DNA of 20,000 nt from Trichoplax sp. H2 (taxonomy: Eukaryota), in assembly GCA_003344405.1 (NCBI GenBank), contig NOWV01000014.1, forward strand, positions 929,111 through 949,110. Reading direction: 5' to 3'. Position 1 is the stretch's first letter. The number at the start of each line of letters is the position of its first letter. Of the stretch, positions 11,701 through 19,851 are shown piece by piece. A program made the translations under genes and the position numbers. The notes beneath the pieces were generated by a model, which ran no database searches, was not told the DNA's origin, and saw nothing but the letters and a program-made list of their open reading frames with translations.

Positions 11701-14700
11701 GGTTATCTAGCGAGACCCCATTAGTACAAATTTATGTTAATATAATATGCAAAGAGATAACTTATACCTAGATCGTAGAGGTCTAAAAATAACGTTTCAT
11801 TTATGTATCGATTAAAGAAAAATAGGAATGAATAAGATCTTGAATATAGAACCAAAATCCTTCCAACAGTTAAAAAGTTTGAAGAATCTGTACGTCTTTG
11901 TCAACGTTAACAGTATCTAATTCTTTTTTGGATTACTGTACTTGAGGATTATTTCTAACGGCAAAGATTAACATATCCGTTTTCCGCACCTAATTAATTC
12001 GCAGGTATCTGAATGACAATAACCTTAAACATATATCCAACGCGACCTTCTTCGGATTGAAAAGTTTAACAGTGCTGTAAGTTTACTGTTTATTGTTAGT
12101 GATACAAAGAAAAAATCATTAGTTATTTTAGTGCTTATATCGTAGTTACAAATTAGGTGATTAAAACGATAAAGAAAAGTAAATATAGATACAAAATTAG
12201 GCGATATCAACCAAGATCATGAGTTTCTAACAAGAAATAACAATAAATTCACTAATTAAAAGTTACAAAAATTTTTGGATATTACGACTTTGGGGTTTGC
12301 CAAATACATCCGTTTACCAAGTTTTACGTAATTAAAGTTAATGTCGATGTCATAATATATAGTGTTACCTTTGAATTTGAATGATATAACTTATATCGAA
12401 ATAATAATTGCATTTAGCTAAAGTGCATTCTTATTTTCCGTCTATCCAGCTAGTGATTAGTTGAGTATAGCTAATTAGCTATTTCTAACACTTATACAAC
12501 AATTACCGATAGATATCAATTAGAGATAATTTAGTCGACGAACAGAATTAATATGATCTCTAAATATTTTTAGTATAATACAACCTTTGCTAAAGGTAGT
12601 AAATTACAACCTATTTTGCTATAAAATAGCATCTAATATGTAAATCTCTCTTTGATAACATATTACTAAGTTCAATATTTTTATATTCTGCAGTAATGTA
12701 GGTGTTAATAGCATATACTCAATTCCTGCGAATACATTTTGCCATACCTATAATTTGTTGCAGTTGTATGTATTATATCTACTCGTATACCTGCTTTTAA
12801 TTCGAAATTTTTTGTTACGAAAATTGATGTTACACTTCGATTACTTACGATATTGCCCTTTTTTAACTTATAACTTTATGATTTTAAGTTATTTGTATCG
12901 ATTATTTTCAGGTACTTAACGCAGAATTTCATTAGCGATATTTCTAGCGAAACATTCAAATGTCTCTATCGCTTACGAAATCTGTAAGTAGTTTCCTTTG
13001 AGGATGTATGATCTTGCTGTCGGGCATTAGTTGCTTAGCACACAGTATCTGAAATATTTTCTTATTTCACAATATTTGATATTTTATTTAAATTACAGAT
13101 TTATCAGTATCAATTCTATTGAATCTCTTGAAAAGGGCTCGTTCAAGTATTTAAAAAGTTTATCAAATCTGTACGTTTTTAACTACTAGAAACTTCTTAA
13201 AATCTTTGGCAGTCTATCATTATGGTAATGTTTTAACTTAAATTAGTTCAAATGTACCTGGCTAAGTTTTACTTCCGCTACTAGGCACATGAATTCAAAC
13301 AGCATTTCAAATATCAGTGTCGGTGCATTTCAGGGTCTTGCATCAGTAACGTATATGTAAGCGTCATATATATATTAAATTACGATATATAAAACGCGCG
13401 TATTGATGTTATTTGCAGATATTAACCTTAAAGGTAAATGGGAATTTACACGTTTCTAGGGATTTTTCAGATAATCTAATTCCTGAATTATTTCCATTTC
13501 GAAATATAAGCTTGCTATCCACACTGTATGTAAATTTATTTGTTCAAGAAAACACTATCGTTTAGTGTGAATTTATAGGCTAATATCAATTGCAGTTTCC
13601 TGTAGCGTAGCTGATGTGGGTTTTCCACGTAAGTTTAGTAATATATTTGGAAGCTAACTTAGCATAATTCAATTTTAATAAAAATAGTATTCTGGATGAA
13701 AACATTGTTACATCTATTGAAAATAATGCATTTGAAGGCACAAATCAGCTGCAGAAACTGTTTGTATAAAAATACCTAAAAATTAAGTGGCAATACAGAT
13801 CTTGTATTGAATTTACTTATTTATTCTTTTAGCTTAATTTAATGTTTTATTTCACACCTATATAGGTCCATAAATACGAATAAAATTTCTGTAATTGACT
13901 CTTTTGCTTTGAAGGATCTAACAAAGCTTAGAGAATTGTAAGTGTGCAATTACCTTTGAGAGGCTCATTATGTTTATCAGTTTATGTTGCCTATTAATTA
14001 TTTGATCGGGTAAAGCCTATTCGGGTAAAAAGTCTATATTGTCATTACTTTCCTTGCTGAAGTAAAATATCTGTAACTTTACGAGTTATTATAGCATATG
14101 CTTAAATCTATCCTAATAGGTAATATATGTTAACCTTAACTTATGTTTTATATCAGTAAAATAGGCCATAATTTGTTGGTTTAGTGCTTTTACGATACGT
14201 AAAATAGCTCAGTTGTGTATTGATATACTTTATGTCGAATTAAATTATCAGATACTTTCGTTATGGCGGATCATTTAGTCTGATATTCATGGAGTACTAC
14301 TGTATTCTTCGGTACTAAAATCAATAAGGTTTAATCTGTATTAATCTTGCACATTAGTAAAAATTCTTAAGTATGTGGATTGACCTTATGAATTGCCTAA
14401 ATTAGAAAACTTAGCGGAAATCCTTTAAGAAATTTTTCTGGTTTATTCTTACCTGACAGTATCAACATGACATCTTTGTAAGTGTTAGCAGCTACGCTAA
14501 TCTAGGTATGTGCATAGACTTAGTATTTGAATAAATCACACTAATAGATTTGTAACTTGATACCTAGCGAGCTTTCAAGTCTTAATATTCATCAATTCCG
14601 CCAGCTAAATATAACTGGTACAACAAATATTTTGTAAGTTCAGTTAGAGTACTAATTTGAATCGTCTATCTATTTCTAATGCTATTGAATATGGTAAGGG

Positions 14701-17700
14701 CAACAAGTTATACAATAAGGCTACCGAACAAATTTGGATTTTAATTGCTTTATATTCTGTTGATCTATCGCTAATAACTGATAGCATTTTGTATATATGT
14801 TTACGAGTAACATAACGAGATTCGTCTATATGAAGATTATAATCTCAATAAATGGTTGAATTTTATCATCAGAGATCTGTCTTCGAATCACATGGATGAT
14901 CTTACCAGATTTCAATTTTGTGATTGTTTAACCTTGTAAGTTTATCATTAGAGATTTATTTCTTTACAATTGCATTTTGAAAGCTAGTAGAACGCTTTAG
15001 AACTCTAGCAGTTCTAGTAACGCTAAATTATTGTCTGAGGAATACATAGTTAAGCCTCAAACTCGACAGGAAAATAAATTCCCTTCAAATTTGAAACAGC
15101 TTTCACTTTTAGCATTAAGCTAGTTTGAAAGTTTCTTCATTAATACAAGTTATAATACGCTATATTTCAGAAATCTTTCTCAAAACAAATTGGCATATTC
15201 TAGAAAGATGAATTTTTCGTCGTGGCCATCGTTAACACAACTGTAAGTTACGGTTAAATACTTGTATCTTGCGTAAATGATTTTATTTAATCTGAGTTAC
15301 TTGCGACGGAACTCACGGTGTTACTTACAAGGGAATAATATCAGCATTATGCTTTCCTGATTCGGATTTCAGCGATTTATCGAAAAACAGATTTAAAGTC
15401 ATTGATTGGCAGACATTTTTAACGCTAAAGTTTCCTCAAAAGTTGAAGATAATGTTTGTATCAAAACTTTTGCATGATTATCATCTCTTAACATGTACAA
15501 TTGAATGCAAGGACGGCACTATATACCACACAAACTATTATCGGTACCCCAGTTTCATTGCACTACAGTGAAAGATTGAAAGAATCGCTATCGATTAGTA
15601 TACTGTTGTCACGAAAGTTATCTTCGTGGCATATACTTTATTTCTATGTTACGTTCTATATATGTTTGTATCTCAGAAATGTTTTACGGTTTCCTTAATT
15701 GTAATCTTAGTGGTTAACAGTTAATATCCTTAATTTAGGATTACATAGACTAAAATAGTAATTGACAACCAGCTAAACTGGATTATATCTATCACCTCCA
15801 AGTTGTTAAGGTTCAAAGTACAATTCCTAAGTTTATAGGAAATGTCATAATAGGATAGCTTTATGTGTATCTGTTAAACTAATAATAAGCATTGATTATT
15901 TTAATACTGTTACAGTAAATTTAATACGATTAAACTGTATCTAATTGGTACAGATAGAATCTCTTTAGGATATTAATTTGGTTAATTTCTAATAGACGAG
16001 GTGACTTTTGTAGCTAAACCGATTTTAGGTCCGAAACCTATATAAACGGCGAGTTCGCCAACAATAAATTAGATTGTGATTTTCTATTAAGTCTTGAAGG
16101 TCTCCCTACGTTGAACCCTATCTGCCTTGGAATACCAATTGTCTGGTATTCCAAATAACTGTAGTAAAGGGTAGAAGTCACTCTCTTAATACTTGTTGCA
16201 AGATAGGGTTAATCCTAATTCCTAACAACTGTATACGCAGTACTTTCCATAGTAAATAACATTTTTAAGGCAAAATTTTGCTTCCGAATTGAGTCTCTAA
16301 AAACTGTCAAAGACAAGCTTTGCCTTTATGGATATGAACATTTTAACGATTTAAGTATTAGAATTAAGTTCTGTGCTACTTAAATACTGTTCTACTGCGT
16401 CATTAAAATAATTTTTTTAAGTAGAGATTTAAGTTTGATTGTCTATTCTAAACGATGCATTCTAAAACGTAATTAAGTGACACTCGATCCTAAAGATCTT
16501 ACTTAATTAACAGTTTGTTATTACTAGACATTGATATGAAACTTACAGTTACGAATTTTTTCTAAAATCAAGTCAAAAGACATGAAAAGTACTCTTATCT
16601 CCGTAATCTTACTAGGAATCTATCTGAAAATCTCTTGCAATTGATCCATGCAAGAACATTCTCAACAATGCCGACTTTGGAACGGTTGTAAGTAGCTTTA
16701 TCCTATAGTATATATTACAATAAAATTAGAATTTTAATTTATTGTATTTTACGAATCTTCTCGATAAAGATAAATATATAATATTTTACCGAAAACGCCT
16801 TCAAAATATTTTTTTGATCAAAACTTATATTAATCTCTCGTAAAGGTATTGTCAATCAAATGAATTGAAGGAATTGAGTTTCCTAAGATCTTTGTCAGGT
16901 CTTAAATACCTGTATGTAAAACATTAGGCTAATAAGTACATATTAAGGCCATTATCTATATTATGTAAAAATATTTTATACGTGTGGTGTGTGCCTATAG
17001 CAGTACATAGTCCGATATACGAGTACAGAAAGTGAGGATTTGTAAAAATCATAAATAAGGCACGTGAACATAATACGAACGACGAGTGCACTGCATATCT
17101 TTAGAGGGCGTATTTACAAACGTTCGAGTACGCTTATTCACGTTATAAATTCATGATGAGCGATAAAAAATTGCCACAAGCTAAATTTTTCAGCAGAATA
17201 GTAATACCAATTCTAGTGTTTTATAGATACTGTATAAGATTTTAAAAAATGGCTCAAATGCTAACATTTACTTACTGTAATCAAAGCTCTCTAGTTGATA
17301 ACGAAATTATTACATTGAATAAAGAAGACTTCGCCAATTTAACGCAACTTGAAGAATTGTAAGCTATGCTTGTAAATTTCAAACATTGTAAATGCAATTG
17401 ATTTTAAAATATGAAAAGGGAATATGTGAATTTGCCGAGTAAATATATAATTATCGCGCAACGACATGATATTTTCTAGCCTATTTCTCTTCAGGTTTTG
17501 AATACTGTGATATTCTTATTCTATAAAAAACTCTGCATAATAGTACAAAAGATTTACTTCCGGCCAGCTGATGCCAAAATATCAGCACAAATTACTAATT
17601 CATATACATAACAGGATATTACGGTAGTATTTTACCGTGTATGATTTTCTTAGATTTTTAGACAAAAATTTTATTAAAGCTATGACCAATGACTACTTTA

Positions 17701-19851
17701 CAAACACTAGGCTGCAAGTGCTGTAAGTGCTTTTCACTTCTACAATTAGATTTGCAATAGATAAATTATGCAATCCAATGTACGTAGACTATATTGAATT
17801 CTATAAATAAAATTTACTATATGCTGCTGCCACAGATCACTAGCGAAGAATGATATTCACACAATAACGAATGCTTTCCATGGTTTGTCGTCTCTCAAAA
17901 CCCTGTAAGTGGCAATTTGCATAATAGGAATTTTCTATCTAGTAAACCAAGCTGAGATAAAAAGAATGTTTATAAACCCCAATAGATTGTAAGTTAATAA
18001 ATTGCAGCACTCCAAAGGGTCAGTGTTGGTTTGCAAGCTGGCTTTGATAGCCTGTGTAGATATATTGAATAATGGAATACTTAGGCTAGCAAGGTCACTA
18101 AACAGAATATTCTTATTCTGTTGTCCCGGTTAGAGGTAGTAATCAATTTACAAATATTCGCTTCTATATGAGAATAAACAGCGGATAATTAATTGATATT
18201 GTAACCCAAAGATAATTCGTCCAAAATCTTTATCGAGCTTTAATATTTAAACGTAATATAATTCTAATAGGTATAGGGTATTAAATATAAATACTTTAGA
18301 GAGCATAGTAGAGCTCGTGCATTATTTAATATATGCGTACTTAATCTAATGACCCTATAATAGTCTAAAAGATATTTTATATTATTTCTGATGCTATGTC
18401 AATGACATAAGCAGATCATTAATCAGTTCCTTTTAATTGATTTCTTCTATTCTTAATTGTAATTCCGCTGAAAGAAATTTGGATAGCAACAAAATAGATA
18501 ATTTGACTGGAATATTTGTAGAAAGACTTTCAAATTTAACTGAACTGTAAGATATTAATCTTTGGCGTACATTTGCTTACGTGTTCTCAACTTTAATTCG
18601 TCATATTGAAAACTGTATCAAATATGGAGCGAATTTTGGTTTCAAATAAAGTTGAATAAGATAGACTTTACAGTTGACTGCATATTATTCAACCTGTAGT
18701 TTGAATTAACATTTATTCAGATCAATGCAGCATAACTTGATCGGATCATTAGAAGGGAATTCATTAAGAAATTTAATTTCCATGACGCACTTGTAAGTGT
18801 TTGCTTTGAAATTCAGTAGGCTTAATCAGTCGAATTTGATGAGTTTGAGAAGTCATTTCGTAAATGCATAGAGAATTTGTACTAAAACCATCGTAGTCTG
18901 AGCTTCAGTACAATTGGAATAATTTTATCATTAACTTTTTGATTTAATTTTCAGGAATTTTTACGGAAATAAGTTGTCTTCAATTAGTAATCTAATGTAT
19001 TGGAATTTTGTGAGATTGTATGCTGGGAAGAATATTTTTGTGTTCAATATTTTATTAGTATTTTAATAATCATATATCATTTAAAACTCATAAAACAATT
19101 TTAAAAGTTGATATAAGGAACCACTAGCCATGTAGTATCAACAACCGAGCCAAATAGATTGAGAAAAATGATTAATTGATAATTTGATTAATTATTAGAT
19201 CTGTCGGAAATAATAAGCTAAATACTTTATCATGTTCTGAACTACCCTACAACACCTACGAATTGTAAGCTTTTTCCGTAAATTTAAATTTTGTAGCCTA
19301 AAATTCCGTTAGCCGGCTTTTTCCTTAAGCTTGAATCAGTATTGTTGCGAATAATTTTACTACTTCATTGCAGAGATCTGAGCAAGAATAATATATCTAA
19401 GATTGACTCAAATTGTAAACATATCTTAGGCCAAATTGCTATACTGTAAGCATTGAACATTTTATGTTGTTCAATTTTTTTGAGATAAACGCGAGCGAAT
19501 AAACTGCGAGCATAATGACCGTTATATTTTAATTTCAGGGATCTTAGCTGTAATCAATTAGTAAGCAATGGCATTAACATTCAGAAAGATATATTGGAAA
19601 AACTACATTTTGTAGTGTCATTGTAGGTTGCATTTCGAGTTATTAGAATTAATTCAAAATAGTTAGAATTCCTTTCTTATAAGACATCATTTATATAAAT
19701 AGGTTCCTAGCAAGCTATAAGATGCTATTTTTAAATTTTGAGCTACAAATTTAACTTGCATTTTAATTTGATTATTCCAATTCAGGAAATTAGCAGGTAA
19801 CAACATCGCAGAGCTACAAAATCCAATTAGACATTTCAATTTGTTGAATCT
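5709..19851 (+). CDS. Multi-exon extracellular LRR protein (signal peptide + LRRNT + >=39 LRRs), 3'-partial; possibly the ectodomain of an LGR-type GPCR or other LRR receptor
   Basis: 41 exons with AG/GT borders splice into one open frame of 2984 nt (about 994 aa). LRR consensus LxLxxNxIxxIxxxxFxxLxxLxxL. More than 15 N-x-S/T sequons. No stop, LRRCT or transmembrane segment before the window ends. Confidence 0.9.
6053..6170 (+). CDS. LRR gene exon 2: LRRNT cap
   Basis: ttttag|(G)NVKLCPEFCVCDSSILQCKHASINKIPVINSSPDKYLE|gtaagt; CPxxCxCxxxxxxC motif; phase 1 to 2. Confidence 0.9.
7288..7359 (+). CDS. LRR exon 1 (72 nt)
   Basis: tttag|SMYENSIKVINQTDFIIYPNLEI|gtaagt. Confidence 0.88.
7479..7550 (+). 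CDS. LRR exon 2 (72 nt)
   Basis: aaag|DLSSNGLETIQPNTFCRISGLLE|gtaagc. Confidence 0.88.
7719..7790 (+). CDS. LRR exon 3 (72 nt)
   Basis: aaag|YLSFNQLGELNSSSFNCLKTLNV|gtaagt. Confidence 0.88.
8705..8744. repeat. Intronic inverted repeat, 17-bp arms (15/17 match), 6-nt loop
   Basis: TCTCGATATTACAGTGT-ataaca-ACACTGTAACATTGAGA. Confidence 0.7.
9067..9138 (+). CDS. LRR exon 4 (72 nt)
   Basis: aatag|SLAVAELTEIPEDFFCLFPELQE|gtatgt. Confidence 0.86.
9218..9289 (+). CDS. LRR exon 5 (72 nt)
   Basis: ttttag|IYYGNYLKEIRNNTFACLTKLTS|gtatgt. Confidence 0.88.
9781..9852 (+). CDS. LRR exon 6 (72 nt)
   Basis: cacag|DLAMNEISYIARDSFKSLTSLSE|gtatga. Confidence 0.9.
9962..10033 (+). CDS. LRR exon 7 (72 nt)
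   Basis: ttctag|YLSYNILTSYKESLFGKNTNLKY|gtaagt. Confidence 0.9.
10309..10380 (+). CDS. LRR exon 8 (72 nt)
   Basis: tctcag|YLHFNLIEEVGSSSFCESEALVN|gtaaga. Confidence 0.9.
10509..10580 (+). CDS. LRR exon 9 (72 nt)
   Basis: cataag|YLHGNKLEDINNQTLGCLKKLQI|gtaagt. Confidence 0.88.
10778..10849 (+). CDS. LRR exon 10 (72 nt)
   Basis: ggtag|DISLNPIKTIHPNSFCGMQRLHT|gtaagt. Confidence 0.9.
10979..11050 (+). CDS. LRR exon 11 (72 nt)
   Basis: cgtag|NMKKVDLTYINKNDFNCLDNLQT|gtatgc. Confidence 0.88.
11278..11349 (+). CDS. LRR exon 12 (72 nt)
   Basis: gtcag|NLQGSAIKNIEKDSFCHTPGLSS|gtacga. Confidence 0.87.
11616..11687 (+). CDS. LRR exon 13 (72 nt)
   Basis: cttag|TIERCELDEIRKDTFACLTKLET|gtaggt. Confidence 0.88.
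11818..11889 (+). CDS. LRR exon 14 (72 nt)
   Basis: ttaaag|KIGMNKILNIEPKSFQQLKSLKN|gtacgt; weak acceptor. Confidence 0.82.
12005..12076 (+). CDS. LRR exon 15 (72 nt)
   Basis: cgcag|YLNDNNLKHISNATFFGLKSLTV|gtaagt. Confidence 0.92.
12694..12765 (+). CDS. LRR exon 16 (72 nt)
   Basis: ctgcag|NVGVNSIYSIPANTFCHTYNLLQ|gtatgt. Confidence 0.9.
12912..12983 (+). CDS. LRR exon 17 (72 nt)
   Basis: tttcag|YLTQNFISDISSETFKCLYRLRN|gtaagt. Confidence 0.92.
13099..13170 (+). CDS. LRR exon 18 (72 nt)
   Basis: ttacag|FISINSIESLEKGSFKYLKSLSN|gtacgt. Confidence 0.9.
13285..13356 (+). CDS. LRR exon 19 (72 nt)
   Basis: actag|HMNSNSISNISVGAFQGLASVTY|gtaagc. Confidence 0.92.
13460..13525 (+). CDS. LRR exon 20 (66 nt)
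   Basis: ttctag|DFSDNLIPELFPFRNISLLST|gtatgt. Confidence 0.87.
13688..13759 (+). CDS. LRR exon 21 (72 nt)
   Basis: aatag|ILDENIVTSIENNAFEGTNQLQK|gtttgt. Confidence 0.87.
13866..13937 (+). CDS. LRR exon 22 (72 nt)
   Basis: tatag|SINTNKISVIDSFALKDLTKLRE|gtaagt. Confidence 0.9.
14406..14477 (+). CDS. LRR exon 23 (72 nt)
   Basis: attag|KLSGNPLRNFSGLFLPDSINMTS|gtaagt. Confidence 0.87.
14568..14633 (+). CDS. LRR exon 24 (66 nt, irregular)
   Basis: cctag|ELSSLNIHQFRQLNITGTTNI|gtaagt. Confidence 0.8.
14873..14935 (+). CDS. LRR exon 25 (63 nt)
   Basis: atcag|DLSSNHMDDLTRFQFCDCLT|gtaagt. Confidence 0.86.
15171..15242 (+). CDS. LRR exon 26 (72 nt)
   Basis: tttcag|NLSQNKLAYSRKMNFSSWPSLTQ|gtaagt. 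Confidence 0.9.
15373..15453 (+). CDS. LRR exon 27 (81 nt)
   Basis: tttcag|DLSKNRFKVIDWQTFLTLKFPQKLKI|gtttgt. Confidence 0.83.
16127..16154. repeat. Intronic perfect inverted repeat, 11-bp arms, 6-nt loop
   Basis: TTGGAATACCA-attgtc-TGGTATTCCAA. Confidence 0.7.
16616..16687 (+). CDS. LRR exon 28 (72 nt)
   Basis: actag|NLSENLLQLIHARTFSTMPTLER|gtaagt. Confidence 0.92.
16846..16911 (+). CDS. LRR exon 29 (66 nt)
   Basis: gtaaag|YCQSNELKELSFLRSLSGLKY|gtatgt. Confidence 0.86.
17287..17358 (+). CDS. LRR exon 30 (72 nt)
   Basis: tcaaag|SLVDNEIITLNKEDFANLTQLEE|gtaagc. Confidence 0.88.
17654..17722 (+). CDS. LRR exon 31 (69 nt)
   Basis: tcttag|FLDKNFIKAMTNDYFTNTRLQV|gtaagt. Confidence 0.88.
17836..17904 (+). 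CDS. LRR exon 32 (69 nt)
   Basis: cacag|SLAKNDIHTITNAFHGLSSLKT|gtaagt. Confidence 0.9.
18475..18546 (+). CDS. LRR exon 33 (72 nt)
   Basis: gaaag|NLDSNKIDNLTGIFVERLSNLTE|gtaaga. Confidence 0.87.
18721..18792 (+). CDS. LRR exon 34 (72 nt)
   Basis: attcag|SMQHNLIGSLEGNSLRNLISMTH|gtaagt. Confidence 0.9.
18955..19017 (+). CDS. LRR exon 35 (63 nt)
   Basis: tttcag|NFYGNKLSSISNLMYWNFVR|gtatgc. Confidence 0.83.
19199..19264 (+). CDS. LRR exon 36 (66 nt)
   Basis: attag|SVGNNKLNTLSCSELPYNTYE|gtaagc. Confidence 0.85.
19374..19445 (+). CDS. LRR exon 37 (72 nt)
   Basis: ttgcag|DLSKNNISKIDSNCKHILGQIAI|gtaagc. Confidence 0.9.
19539..19622 (+). CDS. LRR exon 38 (84 nt)
   Basis: tttcag|DLSCNQLVSNGINIQKDILEKLHFVVS|gtaggt; an internal gtaagc at 19561 is out of phase. 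Confidence 0.8.
19786..19851 (+). CDS. LRR exon 39 (66 nt); gene continues past the window
   Basis: attcag|KLAGNNIAELQNPIRHFNLLN|gtaagt. Confidence 0.87.

Noticed and set aside
12025-12210. 61-aa minus-strand ORF
   Set aside because: Antisense shadow of LRR exon 15 plus intron; no motif.
14252-14311. 60-nt open phase 2-2 segment (cag|YFRYGGSFSLIFMEYYCIL|gtacta)
   Set aside because: No LRR consensus and a weak donor; not needed for the frame. It cannot be fully excluded without RNA-seq.
15501-15698. 65-aa ORF
   Set aside because: Intronic, TTG start, no LRR or other motif.
16241-16305. LRR-like reading LSIVNNIFKAKFCFRIESLKT after cgcag
   Set aside because: Wrong phase, stop in the phase-2 frame and no good donor; resemblance too weak.
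7288-19851. CRISPR-like or repeat-spacer reading of the recurring TTGTAAGT/CTGTAAGT motif
   Set aside because: It is the split Leu codon plus the 5' splice-site consensus. Spacing is irregular and fully explained by exon-intron structure.
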